Shown piece by piece: positions 26,515 through 37,805 of a DNA stretch of 64,000 bases (position 1 is the first letter of the stretch; each line of letters starts with the position of its first letter). Under the pieces are notes generated by a model, which had not been told where the DNA came from, made no database searches, and was given only the letters and a program-made list of their open reading frames with translations. The position numbers and the translations under genes were made by a program. The DNA comes from a bacterium (GTDB taxonomy: Bacteria > Electryoneota > Electryoneia > Electryoneales > Electryoneaceae), in contig JAZDLX010000184.1 of assembly GCA_043801585.1 (NCBI GenBank), positions 10,811 through 74,810 of the forward strand, written 5' to 3'.

Positions 26515-27128
26515 TGAACGGCAGGTTGAACGTTTTCTTCCTCGACAATGTGGACTCCTTCGTTTTCAACCTCGTTGATGAATTCTCCCGGCGGAGGTGC
26601 AATGTCCAAATCTGGAGAAACACGATCTCCGTTGAACGGGCACTCGGCCTCCTCGCCACAATGCCGGAGCCGAAACTGCTGGTGATCAGCCCGGGGCCCG
26701 GATCGCCGGGAGAGGCGGGATGCAGTGTTGAATTGATCCGTCGCCTGCCGGTGGAGATCCCGATGCTGGGTGTCTGCCTCGGTCACCAGGCACTGATCGA
26801 AGCCTATGGCGGGATCGTAGGTCCCGCGGGTGAGATCGTTCACGGAAAATCATCCCTCCTCACCCACGACGGCACCGGCCTGTTCGAGAACATTCCCAGC
26901 CCGATGATGATCGGACGCTACCATTCTCTTTCGGCACTGAAGATGCCGGCATCGCTGCGAGTAATCGCTTCCCTGGGCGGCATCGTGATGGCTGTCGAGC
27001 ACGAATCACGACCCCTCTGGGGAGTGCAGTTCCATCCGGAATCCATTCTCACCCCGCACGGAGGACGACTTCTCGAAAACGTCTTGAGAAGAGTCGTTAC
27101 CCCCGTCAAGGAGGTACAGCATGCATGA
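26511..27128 (+). CDS. trpG: Anthranilate synthase component II (glutamine amidotransferase)
   Basis: 205 aa. It has the GATase-1 triad context (MLGVCLGHQAL, FHPES). 4-nt overlap with trpE. Confidence 0.92.
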   Translation: MMNGRLNVFFLDNVDSFVFNLVDEFSRRRCNVQIWRNTISVERALGLLATMPEPKLLVISPGPGSPGEAGCSVELIRRLPVEIPMLGVCLGHQALIEAYGGIVGPAGEIVHGKSSLLTHDGTGLFENIPSPMMIGRYHSLSALKMPASLRVIASLGGIVMAVEHESRPLWGVQFHPESILTPHGGRLLENVLRRVVTPVKEVQHA

Positions 27129-28131
27129 CTACCTCGACAGAGTAGCGAACCGTCAGGCGTTGAACGGTTCTGAAATGGAAGAGATTTTCAGCGCCATGGT
27201 CGCGGGCGAACTGGAACCGGTTTACATCGCTGCTCTGCTGGTTGGCCTGCGAACGAAGGGCGAAACCCCCGAAGAAATCGCCGGAGCGGCAAAAGCCCTG
27301 CGCGACCACGCTCTTCCCTTTCCCGCACCATCCGGAACCTTTGTGGATGTTTGTGGAACTGGCGGTGATTCCTCGGGCACGATCAACATTTCCACCGCCG
27401 CTGCCGTGGTGCTGGCGGAAATGGGAATTCCTGTTGCCAAACATGGCAATCGTTCCGTTTCGTCAAAATGCGGGTCCGCGGATCTTCTCGAAGCATTTGG
27501 CGTAAAGTTGGACCCCGAACCTGCAATAGCGCGGAAATGTCTTGATGAGGTGGGGATTTGCTTCCTCTTTGCGCCGCAGTATCACAGTGGCCTGCGTCAC
27601 GCCATGCCGATCCGCAAGGCGCTGAGAATGAGGACCATTTTCAACATCCTCGGCCCCCTTGCGAATCCGGCACAGCCGCCAGTGCAGTTAATGGGAGTCT
27701 ACGATGCAGCATTGGTTGTTCCCATTGCCAAAACGTTGAGTCATCTCGGCGCTCAAAAATCTCTCGTTGTCCACGGCGATGGACTCGACGAAATCAGCGT
27801 CTCTGCCCCGACGACAGCGGCGATGTCGACGAATGGGACCGTCGAAACACTCGAAATCATCCCGGAGGAAACGGGACTTAAACGGTATCCACAAGAAGCG
27901 TTGGCAGGTGGAGACGCAGCGGAAAACCGGAAGTTGATCGAAGCGCTTTTATCCGGAAAGGGATCTCCCGCCCATGAGGCAGCGGTGGCTATCAACGCCG
28001 GGGCCGCAGCCTGGGTCGCCGGAACTGCATCATCTCTTCGGGATGGCACTCAGTCAGCCCTCGAAACCATCCGTTCAGGCAAATGCATCGAACGGGTAAA
28101 CCAATGGGCGGAGATCTCACATGGTTCTTGA
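27121..28131 (+). CDS. trpD: Anthranilate phosphoribosyltransferase
   Basis: Motifs are VDVCGTGGDSSGTINIST and KHGNRSVSSKCGSADLLE. 8-nt overlap with trpG. Confidence 0.93.
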   Translation: MHDYLDRVANRQALNGSEMEEIFSAMVAGELEPVYIAALLVGLRTKGETPEEIAGAAKALRDHALPFPAPSGTFVDVCGTGGDSSGTINISTAAAVVLAEMGIPVAKHGNRSVSSKCGSADLLEAFGVKLDPEPAIARKCLDEVGICFLFAPQYHSGLRHAMPIRKALRMRTIFNILGPLANPAQPPVQLMGVYDAALVVPIAKTLSHLGAQKSLVVHGDGLDEISVSAPTTAAMSTNGTVETLEIIPEETGLKRYPQEALAGGDAAENRKLIEALLSGKGSPAHEAAVAINAGAAAWVAGTASSLRDGTQSALETIRSGKCIERVNQWAEISHGS

Positions 28132-29506
28132 CAGAATCATCGAACACAAGCGCCAGGAGGTCGATGACCAGCAGCGGAACCTGCCACTCGAGCAGTTTCT
28201 GGACCGGATCGATCCCAGCAATCGTTCCTTTCTCAAGGCGATCACCCGCGAACACACGGGCTTCATTCTCGAGGTAAAAAAGGCGTCGCCGTCACAAGGA
28301 TTGATCCGGGAGGATTTTGACCCACTCCTGATCGCGGAAGCGTACGCGCCGTTTGCGGATGCGATCAGTGTCCTGACAGACCGGAAATTCTTTCAGGGCA
28401 GCTTCCAGACGCTCGAAATCATACGCGGCGTAGCGCCTCAACCCGTGCTCTGCAAAGACTTCATCCTTGAGCCCTACCAGGTGTACAAGGCGCGGCTGCA
28501 TGGCGCCGACGCCGTTCTGCTGATGCTTTCGGTGCTTGACGATAATGAGTATTTGGCGTGCAACTCGGCCGTCGAGGAATTGCAGATGAGTGCGCTCGTC
28601 GAGGTGCACACACCGCAGGAGCTGGAGCGGGCAAGGAAACTCGGCGCGAAAATCATCGGGATCAACAATCGAAACCTGAAGACACTCGAGGTTGACCTTG
28701 ACACGACACTCCATCTCGCTCCGGAGGCAAAAACCTTTGCGGATGCCGTTGTCTGTGAATCGGGCATTCATTCGCATGATGACGTGCTCCGACTACGGGA
28801 TTGCGTGGACGCCTTTCTGGTCGGGACGAGCCTGATGGCGCGGCCGGATCTCGGGTTCGCTGTCCGGGAAATCATCTTTGGCCCAACGAAAGTGTGTGGA
28901 TTGACACGCGTGGAAGACGTCCGCGCGGCCCAGGCAGCGGGAGCCGTGTACGGCGGCATGATTTTTGCCGAAAATTCTCCGCGTCGAATAACATCGGAAC
29001 TCGCAATAGAACTGAACCGGGGGGCACCCCTGCGGTGGGTGGGAGTATTCGTGAATTCACCGGTGGAAACGGTGGCCGATCACGCTCACAGGCTGAACCT
29101 CACCGCAGTCCAGCTCAACGGAGATGAAAACGGGGAGTACATCCACACGCTTCGTCCCCTGCTGCCCGGAAGCTGCGAGATCTGGAAAGCGCACCCTATT
29201 GCGGACAGGATACCGACGCTGAAAATGGACGGTGTCGACCGGCACTTGCTCGATGCCTTCGACCCGGTCATGCGTGGCGGCACAGGAAAGACGTTCAATT
29301 GGACATTATTGAACGGCACGGACCGCAACAAGATCATTCTCTCGGGTGGTTTGAATCCGACCAACGCCGCTCAGGCGGATCGCGTTGGCGCTGCCATTCT
29401 TGATGTCAATTCCGGAGTCGAACAGGCGCCGGGCCGAAAAGATCCCAGGAAGCTGACAGAGTTTTTCAGAGAACTTCGGGGAGTGCGCACAGGGGGAGAA
29501 CGATGA
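28121..29506 (+). CDS. trpC: Bifunctional indole-3-glycerol-phosphate synthase / phosphoribosylanthranilate isomerase (TrpC-TrpF fusion)
   Basis: The N-terminal half is IGPS ([21 protein letters not shown]). The C-terminal half is PRAI ([11 protein letters not shown] ... GGTGKTFNW). Confidence 0.9.
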   Translation: MVLDRIIEHKRQEVDDQQRNLPLEQFLDRIDPSNRSFLKAITREHTGFILEVKKASPSQGLIREDFDPLLIAEAYAPFADAISVLTDRKFFQGSFQTLEIIRGVAPQPVLCKDFILEPYQVYKARLHGADAVLLMLSVLDDNEYLACNSAVEELQMSALVEVHTPQELERARKLGAKIIGINNRNLKTLEVDLDTTLHLAPEAKTFADAVVCESGIHSHDDVLRLRDCVDAFLVGTSLMARPDLGFAVREIIFGPTKVCGLTRVEDVRAAQAAGAVYGGMIFAENSPRRITSELAIELNRGAPLRWVGVFVNSPVETVADHAHRLNLTAVQLNGDENGEYIHTLRPLLPGSCEIWKAHPIADRIPTLKMDGVDRHLLDAFDPVMRGGTGKTFNWTLLNGTDRNKIILSGGLNPTNAAQADRVGAAILDVNSGVEQAPGRKDPRKLTEFFRELRGVRTGGER

Positions 29507-30693
29507 GACAGAATGGACGATTCGGCAAGTGGGGCGGTTGTTTCGTGCCCGAGATCCTGCTCCCTGCGCTCGAACAACTCGAAGCCGCGTGGCTGGATTT
29601 TCGCGAGAACGACAGCTTCCGCAAAGAACTCGACACCCTGCTGCGCGATTATGCCGGGCGGCCGACACCCCTTTACTGTTGCCGGAATCTCGCGGCGGAC
29701 ACACCCGCGCAAATCTGGCTGAAACGAGAAGACCTTCTCCACGGCGGGGCACACAAGACCAACCAGGTGCTGGGGCAGGCTTTGCTCGCACGCCACCTGG
29801 GAAAGACCCGGTTGATTGCGGAGACGGGTGCAGGACAGCACGGCGTCGCCACTGCGTTTGTCGGCGCTCTGTTTGGTTTCGAGACGGTGATCTACATGGG
29901 GGCGAAGGATGTCGAGCGCCAGCGGCAAAACGTTTTTCGCATGGAGCTGATGGGCGCTGCTGTGATCCCGGTGACCAAGGGATCGGCCACGTTAAAAGAC
30001 GCGATCAATGACGCGATGCGTGACTGGACAGCGAGCTATGAGACAACCCACTACATGCTCGGGACGGTTGCAGGCCCGCACCCCTTCCCCAGTATGGTAC
30101 GTGATTTTCAGAGCGTCATCGGAAACGAAGCCCGCAACCAGATACTAAGCAAAACAGGACGCCTTCCCGATGAAGTGATCGCCTGCGTGGGTGGCGGATC
30201 CAATGCCATCGGCATCTTTCACGCCTTCCTTGACGACCGGGATGTAACTCTCGTCGGAGTGGAACCGGCAGGACGCGGACTCGCAACGGGGCAGCATGGA
30301 GCATCTCTCGAACTTGGAACGCCCGGTGTACTTCACGGTTCGTTTACCCACCTGCTGCAGAACGGCGATGGTCAGGTTGAGGAATCCTACTCCATCTCAG
30401 CGGGATTGGACTATCCCGGAGTGGGACCTGAACACGTCCACCTGCGGGAAACAGGCCGAGCCACCTATACATCGGCGACAGACGAAGAGGCTCTGAATGC
30501 GTTCGAGGCTCTCGCACGCCACGAGGGCATCCTCCCCGCGCTTGAGTCCGCCCACGCCGTTGCCTACGCATTGAAGCGGGCGCGAGAAACAAGGGAAGAA
30601 TCCATTCTGCTCGTCAATCTCTCCGGGCGCGGCGACAAGGATCTCGAAACCGTTCGCAAGGCGCTTTCAACTGAGACGATGGAGGTGGCGTGA
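29503..30693 (+). CDS. trpB: Tryptophan synthase beta chain
   Basis: Motifs are [11 protein letters not shown] (PLP lysine), GAGQHG and [12 protein letters not shown] overlap with trpC. Confidence 0.95.
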   Translation: MRQNGRFGKWGGCFVPEILLPALEQLEAAWLDFRENDSFRKELDTLLRDYAGRPTPLYCCRNLAADTPAQIWLKREDLLHGGAHKTNQVLGQALLARHLGKTRLIAETGAGQHGVATAFVGALFGFETVIYMGAKDVERQRQNVFRMELMGAAVIPVTKGSATLKDAINDAMRDWTASYETTHYMLGTVAGPHPFPSMVRDFQSVIGNEARNQILSKTGRLPDEVIACVGGGSNAIGIFHAFLDDRDVTLVGVEPAGRGLATGQHGASLELGTPGVLHGSFTHLLQNGDGQVEESYSISAGLDYPGVGPEHVHLRETGRATYTSATDEEALNAFEALARHEGILPALESAHAVAYALKRARETREESILLVNLSGRGDKDLETVRKALSTETMEVA

Positions 30694-31511
30694 GCGCACG
30701 CTATGAAAAGATGTTCCGTCGCCTTGGCGATCTGGGAGAGATCGCATTTGTCCCGTTCACGGTGCTCGGCGACCCGAACCCGGAAGCGAGCCTTGAGGCC
30801 ATCCGGGCGATGATTTCGGGGGGGGCCGATGCGCTCGAACTTGGCATTCCCTTTTCCGATCCGGTGGCGGACGGCCCGACGATTCAGGCGGCAGACATTC
30901 GGGCTCTCTCCTCGGGGTCGACCGTTCATTCAGCATGGAATCTGATTTCGAGGATACGAACCGAGAATCCCGATCTGCCCATCGGTCTGCTCCTTTACGC
31001 CAATCTCGTCGTGCACGGCGGACTGGAAGCCTTCTACCACAACGCCTTGAAAGCAGGTGTGGACTCGGTGCTCGTCGCCGATTTACCCACTCTTGAAGCG
31101 ATCCCATTCTGCACGGCTGCGCGGCGTGCGAGTATTGATCCCGTTCTGATCGCTCCACCAAACGCAGATGTTCAGCGGCTCGAAATCATTTCCCGAGAGG
31201 GCCGTGGGTACACCTACGTGATCACTCGGCGGGGAGTCACTGGAGCCGACGAACAGGTTCACCTGGACCACACCGCACTGCTCGATACGCTGCAAAGGTT
31301 TCAGGCGCCTCCCCCACTTTTCGGCTTCGGCATCTCGAAACCCGAACATGTGCTCGCAGCGAAATATGCCGGCGCCGCCGGTGTGATCAGCGGTTCGGCT
31401 GTCGTCTCCCGTATCGAAAGAAATCTTGGGGACATCGATTCCATGGTGAAGGACATCCATGATTTCGTCGTGGAGATGAAGGCGGCGACTCGCAACGGAG
31501 GCCGGTCATGA
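30690..31511 (+). CDS. trpA: Tryptophan synthase alpha chain
   Basis: Motifs are [18 protein letters not shown] and GFGISKPEH. 4-nt overlaps on both sides. Confidence 0.93.
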   Translation: MSARYEKMFRRLGDLGEIAFVPFTVLGDPNPEASLEAIRAMISGGADALELGIPFSDPVADGPTIQAADIRALSSGSTVHSAWNLISRIRTENPDLPIGLLLYANLVVHGGLEAFYHNALKAGVDSVLVADLPTLEAIPFCTAARRASIDPVLIAPPNADVQRLEIISREGRGYTYVITRRGVTGADEQVHLDHTALLDTLQRFQAPPPLFGFGISKPEHVLAAKYAGAAGVISGSAVVSRIERNLGDIDSMVKDIHDFVVEMKAATRNGGRS

Positions 31512-32602
31512 TTCTCAGCCATTTGACATTTATCCGAGAGTCCAGCAGCCGCATTCTTCTCGAATCCGGAGCGAGGAGCCACCTGAGCAACTTCGTCGAT
31601 CTCGATTTTGTGACGAGCGCCACCCTGATCGCTGATACGAACGTTTACTCGTTCCACGGCTCCGAAGTCCGTGATTCGCTCGAACACCTTTTCGGATCGG
31701 TTACCGTGATCACAGTCCCTCCCGGCGAAGGCAGCAAGACCCGGGACACCGTGGCCAAAATTCAGGATCGACTGAGCGAAGAGAAGGTTGACCGCCGAGG
31801 TCTCGTCGTCGGGTTGGGCGGAGGTGTGACGCTCGATATTGCCGGGTATGTCGCAGCGACCTATCTGCGAGGCATTCCCTGGATTGCGATGCCGACCTCT
31901 CTGCTCGCCCAGGTGGACGCGGGAATCGGTGGCAAGACCGGTGTCAATACGAGCAAAGGAAAGAATCTCGCTGGCGCGTTTCATCCACCTTTGCAGGTCA
32001 TCATCGACCCTGAGGTCCTGAATACTCTCCCCTTGATTGAATGGAGAAATGGACTCGTGGAAGCGGTCAAACATGCCTGGATTGCCGATGCAGATCTGTT
32101 CTCACTGTTCGAGAACACTGCTTCATCCCTGAAGAGCGGCCCGGACTCACATCTTCATGACTGGCTAAATGCAGCGATCCAAGTAAAAATATCTGTTGTT
32201 GCTGAGGATCCTTTTGAACTGGGAAAGCGCTCGATCCTTAACGCCGGGCATACAGTCGGTCACGCCATCGAGGCGGCGACCGATCATGCGATCAGGCATG
32301 GATTCGCCGTTGCGAGAGGTCTTGTTGTCGAATCGAGAGCGGCTGGCGAAAGAACCGGATTGCCTGTGGATCACATCCGGAGACTCGAACATCTGCTGGA
32401 AGAGCTGGAGGTGCTGCCGCCTACAAACGGCATCGATTTCGACTCTCTCCTCCCCTTCCTGCTTCGTGACAAAAAGAATCAGCGGGATCATGTTCGCATC
32501 TCCCTGCCGGCGAGCCTCGGCCGTTCCTCTGCGATTGATGGTTCGTGGACGATTGACGTGCAACCGGACGCGTTGCGCCACGCCTGGGAGAGTTTCCAAT
32601 GA
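31508..32602 (+). CDS. aroB: 3-dehydroquinate synthase
   Basis: Motifs are GLGGGVTLDIAGYVAATYLRGIPWIAMPTSLLAQVDAGIGGKTGVN and GHTVGHAIE. Confidence 0.9.
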   Translation: MILSHLTFIRESSSRILLESGARSHLSNFVDLDFVTSATLIADTNVYSFHGSEVRDSLEHLFGSVTVITVPPGEGSKTRDTVAKIQDRLSEEKVDRRGLVVGLGGGVTLDIAGYVAATYLRGIPWIAMPTSLLAQVDAGIGGKTGVNTSKGKNLAGAFHPPLQVIIDPEVLNTLPLIEWRNGLVEAVKHAWIADADLFSLFENTASSLKSGPDSHLHDWLNAAIQVKISVVAEDPFELGKRSILNAGHTVGHAIEAATDHAIRHGFAVARGLVVESRAAGERTGLPVDHIRRLEHLLEELEVLPPTNGIDFDSLLPFLLRDKKNQRDHVRISLPASLGRSSAIDGSWTIDVQPDALRHAWESFQ

Positions 32603-34035
32603 TCTGTGTGACAGGTCTTGAACGGACGATAGCGGAACTGGCCCGCCGACTCGAACAGTATTCCGGGCAGTTGCAGGAAGTGCGGCTGGACGCGCTCGAC
32701 CGGATCGAAGAAGATATCTACCACCTGCTGAAACTTCACGATCCGTTGATCGTCACCTGCCGCGGGACAGCCGAGGGAGGACTGTTCACGGGAACGCCCG
32801 GAGAGCAATCGGAGATCCTGCATCGTCTGCTCATCTCCAACCCAGCCTATGTCGACCTCGAGACGAGCATCCCGTTAAACATCCGCAGGACACTTGAACA
32901 TGCCGGGCAGAACTCTCGAATCATCACGTCGCATCATCAGTTCAAAACCTCCTTGACGATTCGAAACGATCTCCTGAAGCTCTCCGATGAACCGGGCGAT
33001 CTGTTGAAATATGCAGTTCAGGTCGGCGACGCGGCGGAATTGCTTCCGCTCCTTGAGACGCAGATTCCGGATCACCGCCCCTTCCTGCGCATCGGGATGG
33101 GCGATGCGGGAATGATCACGCGCGGACTCTTTTCCTCGTTCGGATCGCCATGGACGTACGTCACCGCGGATTCCTCCACTTCATCTGCACCGGGTCAGTT
33201 GACCGTCGAACAGGCAAAGCGGTGGCGGATCGACTCCCTTTCCCACCCTGCACCATACGGGTTGATTGGAGGACCACAGGTCATCCACTCGCCGGGAATG
33301 GACGTCTACAACCAGTTGTTTGCAGGTTACGGTGTGGATGCCCTGTATCTGCCCATTATTACCGCTCGCCTCGGGGATACCCTTCCTTTGCTGAAGGCGC
33401 TCGATTTCGCGGGACTCAGCGTCACCATGCCCGCGAAGATCGCCGCTTTGGAACTCTGCGACGAACGATCCGAGGAAGCGGTTGCTGCTGGTGCGGTGAA
33501 CACTATCCTCTTTAATCACAAACAGTTCATCGGCGACAACACGGATGTTACGGCCTTGCGCGAACTGCTTCGTGACGAGACAGGAAAGGTCCTTATCCTC
33601 GGTGCGGGCGGTGTGGCGCGAGCCGCCCTTGCGGCTGTGGGACAACGGGGAATTGTGACCGCCCGTGACCCGGAACGCGCAACAGCCGTCGCCGGTATGT
33701 TTGGCGCTGCGACTCTGGAGTGGGAGCACCGCGATCGATGCGGCGCGAGAACAATTGTCAACGCCACTCCCCTCGGCATGGACGGCATCTCCAGCCCCCT
33801 TCCCGCGGAGACTCCACTTGCGGACAAACGGATCATCGACGTTGTGATGAAACGGGACGGCACACCGTTGACGCGCCGTGCAAAGGAGGCCGGAGCAAAA
33901 GTCGTGGACGGTTTCGAGATCTGGGTGCGACAGGGTGCTGCACAGATGAGCAGATTCCTCGACCGCAAGGTCACCGCAGGAGAGTTGCGAACGCTCCTCG
34001 ACGAGCTTCACGCTGGAGCATTCAATGGACCTTAG
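32599..34035 (+). CDS. Bifunctional type I 3-dehydroquinate dehydratase / shikimate 5-dehydrogenase (AroD-AroE fusion)
   Basis: The N-terminal ~215 aa are AroD-like (EVRLDAL ... SHHQF ... LLKYAV, the Schiff-base Lys context). The C-terminal ~260 aa are AroE-like (YGLIGGPQVIHSPGMDVYN, GLSVTMPAK, ILGAGGVARA). Confidence 0.85.
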   Translation: MICVTGLERTIAELARRLEQYSGQLQEVRLDALDRIEEDIYHLLKLHDPLIVTCRGTAEGGLFTGTPGEQSEILHRLLISNPAYVDLETSIPLNIRRTLEHAGQNSRIITSHHQFKTSLTIRNDLLKLSDEPGDLLKYAVQVGDAAELLPLLETQIPDHRPFLRIGMGDAGMITRGLFSSFGSPWTYVTADSSTSSAPGQLTVEQAKRWRIDSLSHPAPYGLIGGPQVIHSPGMDVYNQLFAGYGVDALYLPIITARLGDTLPLLKALDFAGLSVTMPAKIAALELCDERSEEAVAAGAVNTILFNHKQFIGDNTDVTALRELLRDETGKVLILGAGGVARAALAAVGQRGIVTARDPERATAVAGMFGAATLEWEHRDRCGARTIVNATPLGMDGISSPLPAETPLADKRIIDVVMKRDGTPLTRRAKEAGAKVVDGFEIWVRQGAAQMSRFLDRKVTAGELRTLLDELHAGAFNGP

Positions 34036-35218
34036 GCTGTCGATCTCCGCCCCCGCCTCGAAGAGTGCGACCCAGCGGGCTCTGTTCCTGTCGACGCTCG
34101 CGTCAGGAACGAGTACGCTTCACGGACCGCTCGACTGCGAAGACAGCCGGGCTCTCGCAGATGCTTTACGCGGTTTGGGTGTGAAGATCGATCAGCAATC
34201 GGACCGGTGGATCGTATCTGGAGACACTCTGCAAGCGGCTTCGGCGACCCTGTACTGCTCAAACGCGGGAACCTGCATCCGTTTTCTGGCGGCGGCGTCT
34301 CTGCTGTTGCCATCATCGGTGACACTGGACGCCGGAGAGCAGTTGCGGAAACGGCCGTTGCAAGACATTGCGGATGCTCTCAGACGTGCAGGAATGCACG
34401 TTGAATTCACGGATCGTGAAGGGTTTGCTCCGCTTACGATCACTCCTGGAGATTCCATCCGTAACGAGATCGAGCTGGATGCCAGCCGCACCAGCCAGTT
34501 CCTTTCGGGCCTGTTGATGGTTGCGCCTCGCTTGGGCGGTATAAGTATCCGCACCGGAAAACATCTGGTCTCGCGTCCCTATGTGGATCTGACGCTCGCC
34601 CTGATGTCGGCGTTCGGAGGACCTCCTGTCCGTGAACATGAAAACGTTTTTTTCGTACCGGCGGGAGCCTACCAGGCGTGCGACATGACCATCGAGGGCG
34701 ACTGGTCCGCCGCCGCGATGATCCTGACAGCGGGCTGGATTTCCGGTCTGAAAATAGACATCCCCAATCTGAATTCTGAAAGTGTCCAGGGCGACCGGGC
34801 GATCGTTCTGTTTCTGGAAGAACTGGGGAGGCCCCGCCATCACCGTTTCGACCTGGCGATATGCCCTGATCTGATCACTCCGCTCGCAGTGGCCTGCGCA
34901 TTTGCGGAGCATCCCAGTGAGATTCGGAACGTTGCACATGCCCGGATCAAGGAAAGTGACCGGATTGCCGCCACGGTCCAAATGCTGAACGCTGTTGGCG
35001 TCGCGGCCGAACAACTTGCAGATGGATTGCTCATCACGCCGGGAGGTGCTTTTCACCCGGCAACCGTCGAGGATCATGGCGATCATCGCGTCGCCATGGC
35101 GGCGGGGGTGATTTCTTTACGCATCCCCGGAGTGAAACCGACAACCCCGGAATGCGTAAAAAAATCCTACCCGAATTTCTGGAATGTCATGGAGGAACTG
35201 CGATGTTCCTTACGCTGA
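34025..35218 (+). CDS. aroA: 3-phosphoshikimate 1-carboxyvinyltransferase (EPSP synthase), short form
   Basis: Motifs are SKSATQRALFLSTLA, RIKESDRIAA and DHRVAMAA. At 397 aa it is somewhat shorter than typical AroA. Confidence 0.88.
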   Translation: MDLRLSISAPASKSATQRALFLSTLASGTSTLHGPLDCEDSRALADALRGLGVKIDQQSDRWIVSGDTLQAASATLYCSNAGTCIRFLAAASLLLPSSVTLDAGEQLRKRPLQDIADALRRAGMHVEFTDREGFAPLTITPGDSIRNEIELDASRTSQFLSGLLMVAPRLGGISIRTGKHLVSRPYVDLTLALMSAFGGPPVREHENVFFVPAGAYQACDMTIEGDWSAAAMILTAGWISGLKIDIPNLNSESVQGDRAIVLFLEELGRPRHHRFDLAICPDLITPLAVACAFAEHPSEIRNVAHARIKESDRIAATVQMLNAVGVAAEQLADGLLITPGGAFHPATVEDHGDHRVAMAAGVISLRIPGVKPTTPECVKKSYPNFWNVMEELRCSLR

Positions 35219-35724
35219 TCGGTCCCCGTGGCGCAGGGAAAACAACTCTCGGCCGTAAGCTCGCCGACCGAGTCGGAGTGAGCTTCACTGATCTCGACAC
35301 TGTGATCGAGTGGAAAGAGGGGCGTTCCGTGCCGGACATCTTTGCACACGGTGGCGAGGCTGAATTTCGAATCCTGGAACGGGAAGCATTCGAAGAAATG
35401 CACTGCCGCGATGCAACGATTCTGGCGACAGGTGGTGGAGTCATTTTTCATCCGGAGACTCAGATTGAATTGGGAATCACGGGGAAAACGATTCTCCTGC
35501 TCGCCGACCCGATAGTTCTTGCGGAGCGGATACGGGGTTCTGAACGTCCCAGCCTCACGGGTCTGGACGCGGCGAGTGAGATTGGACAGGTTCTCGCCGA
35601 GCGCCGTGAGATCTACGAAAAGTGCGCGGCGCGTACGATTGACACAACAATCCTTTCGATTGAAGAGGCGGTCGATGTCCTCGAACACATTTGGAAATCT
35701 CTTTCGGGCGACCAGTTTCGGTGA
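35203..35724 (+). CDS. aroK: Shikimate kinase
   Basis: Walker A LIGPRGAGKTTLG. ATG 35203 is preceded by GGAGGA, and the gene overlaps the aroA end by 16 nt. The ORF-track start at 35152 lies inside aroA and is unlikely. Confidence 0.88.
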   Translation: MFLTLIGPRGAGKTTLGRKLADRVGVSFTDLDTVIEWKEGRSVPDIFAHGGEAEFRILEREAFEEMHCRDATILATGGGVIFHPETQIELGITGKTILLLADPIVLAERIRGSERPSLTGLDAASEIGQVLAERREIYEKCAARTIDTTILSIEEAVDVLEHIWKSLSGDQFR

Positions 35725-36760
35725 GTCCCATGGTGCAGGCATTGGCGTCGTCATCGATGGCGTGCCACCGCGCCTGCGTCTCGACCTGGAGGCCATCCAA
35801 CTCCAGCTCGACCGACGCCGTCCCGGCCAGAGCAGAGTAACAACATCGCGATCCGAATCGGACCGTGTTGAGGTTCTCTCCGGACTCCATGAGGGGGTTA
35901 CCACCGGTGCGCCTCTAACCCTGTTCGTTCGGAACAGCAACACCCGGCCGGAAGACTACGAAAATCTTCGCAACACCTTCCGCCCCGGGCATGCGGATTT
36001 CACCTGGTACAAGAAATACGGAGTCCGTGATTATCTCGGAGGCGGACGCTCCTCCGGACGCGAGACCATCGCCCGGGTGGCGGCGGGCGCGGTGGCGAGG
36101 CAGATCCTCGCGGTTCATGGAATTTCCGTTCTCGGATACGTCGTTTCGGTGGGAGACGTCGAAGTTGAATCGTTTGACCCTGCTATCATCGAATCGAATC
36201 CTGTGCGCTGCGCGGACCCTGACGCCGCCGCCCGGATGGAAGCCCTGATTCTTCGCGTGAAGGAAGATGGCGACTCGGTTGGTGGAATCGTCGAGGTCCG
36301 CTGCCAGGGGGTACCTGCCGGACTCGGCGATCCGGTGTTCGACAAACTGGATGCCCTGATTGCCCGGGCAATTCTTTCCATCGGTGCGACGAAAGGGATC
36401 GAATTTGGATTGGGGTTTGCAATGGCTCGAATGCGCGGCAGCCAGGCTCACGATCCGATCCGTCCAGATGGAGTCGATGGCGACCGGGCGGGAGGCATTC
36501 TCGGCGGTGTCTCAAACGGAGGCGATATCGTTTTCCGTGTTGCAGTGAAACCACCTGCGTCAATTGAACTCGAACAGGATACCGTCACCCTCGACAATCA
36601 ACCCCACCGCATCGCCGTACAGGGGCGTCATGACCCTTGCATCGCACCGAGATTGGTTCCTGTTGCCGAGGCGATGACGGCGCTCGTGCTTGTCGATGTA
36701 TTGATGAGACAGACGGCACTTCGAGGAGTACTGCCGGAAGATGGTGATAACGATGCTTGA
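35675..36760 (+). CDS. aroC: Chorismate synthase
   Basis: MSSNTFGNLFRATSFGESHGAGIGVVIDG at the chosen start (ATG 35675, SD GAAGAGG). A further motif is GGRSSGRET. The upstream part of the ORF overlaps aroK. Confidence 0.92.
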   Translation: MSSNTFGNLFRATSFGESHGAGIGVVIDGVPPRLRLDLEAIQLQLDRRRPGQSRVTTSRSESDRVEVLSGLHEGVTTGAPLTLFVRNSNTRPEDYENLRNTFRPGHADFTWYKKYGVRDYLGGGRSSGRETIARVAAGAVARQILAVHGISVLGYVVSVGDVEVESFDPAIIESNPVRCADPDAAARMEALILRVKEDGDSVGGIVEVRCQGVPAGLGDPVFDKLDALIARAILSIGATKGIEFGLGFAMARMRGSQAHDPIRPDGVDGDRAGGILGGVSNGGDIVFRVAVKPPASIELEQDTVTLDNQPHRIAVQGRHDPCIAPRLVPVAEAMTALVLVDVLMRQTALRGVLPEDGDNDA

Positions 36761-37805
36761 TGAACTACGCAACCAGATACGTGAAGTAGACGCCTCGATA
36801 GCGGAACTGATCGCCAGGCGCCTCGATCTTGCACGCCGTATCGGCGAAGAAAAGGTGAAGCTCGGTCTGCCTGTACGGGATTTCGCAACCGAAAAACGTG
36901 TACTCGAAACGATGGACCGGCACGCCGAAAGACTTGGGATCGACCGTGAAATCCTCGAGGGAGTTGTCTTGCAACTGATTCGGGGATCGGTTCAACTGCA
37001 GAGCCGCAACCGGGTTCCGCTTCACTCGCGTGGCAACCTTCGTGCGGCTGTCATCGGTGGTGATGGCCACATGGGAAAATGGTTCGAGGGATTTCTCTCG
37101 TCGCGCGGTTATGACGTGATCATTATCGAAAAGGACGATGATCTCCGACTGTCGCTTGAGTCCGATCTGATCGTCGTTTCTGTGCCCCTTGACAGGACGG
37201 GGGAAGTCCTCAGGCGGATCGCCGGCGAAAATCCGCGTGGCATTATCATTGAAGTCGCCAGTCTGAAATCCGATTTCGTGGATCAAATCCCCGAGTGGAT
37301 CGAGAGCGGGATGCGTATCGCATGCATCCATCCCATGTTCGGTGCGGAGGCCGATCTGCTGGCGGGTCAGAACCTGATCGTCTGCGAATCGGGATGCAAA
37401 GAGGCGGAGGATGCTGCCGCGGATCTTTTCTCGGATTCGGCGGTCCATGTTGTCCGTATCCCGCTCGCGGATCATGATCGCATCATGGCCTGGGTACTCA
37501 ACCTCCCCCACCTGCTGAATCTGCTGGCGGCCGATCTTCTTTCAGCATCGACTGAAGATCATGAACGGCTGCGTGAATTCGGTGGAACAACATTCAACCG
37601 TCAGCACGCTGTGACAAGTGAGGTGGTCTCGGAGAATCCCGATCTCTACTATCACATCCAGCACATTAACCGTCATCGCGGTGAATTTTTTAACCATTTC
37701 CGCGAGAGTCTTCAGCGTATCATTGGGGTTATCGAACGAAATGACAGGGAAGCGTTTGTGAAACAGATGAACGGATGGAGCCGCTGGTTTCGAGGGGAAC
37801 GATGA
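36741..37805 (+). CDS. tyrA: Bifunctional chorismate mutase (AroQ type) / prephenate dehydrogenase (T-protein-like)
   Basis: The N-terminal ~85 aa form a CM_2 helix bundle (ELRNQIREVDASIAELIARRLDLARRIGEEK). They are followed by an NAD-binding domain (AAVIGGDGHMGKWF) and a prephenate dehydrogenase core (IHPMFG). An alternative start is at 36753. Confidence 0.85.
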   Translation: MVITMLDELRNQIREVDASIAELIARRLDLARRIGEEKVKLGLPVRDFATEKRVLETMDRHAERLGIDREILEGVVLQLIRGSVQLQSRNRVPLHSRGNLRAAVIGGDGHMGKWFEGFLSSRGYDVIIIEKDDDLRLSLESDLIVVSVPLDRTGEVLRRIAGENPRGIIIEVASLKSDFVDQIPEWIESGMRIACIHPMFGAEADLLAGQNLIVCESGCKEAEDAAADLFSDSAVHVVRIPLADHDRIMAWVLNLPHLLNLLAADLLSASTEDHERLREFGGTTFNRQHAVTSEVVSENPDLYYHIQHINRHRGEFFNHFRESLQRIIGVIERNDREAFVKQMNGWSRWFRGER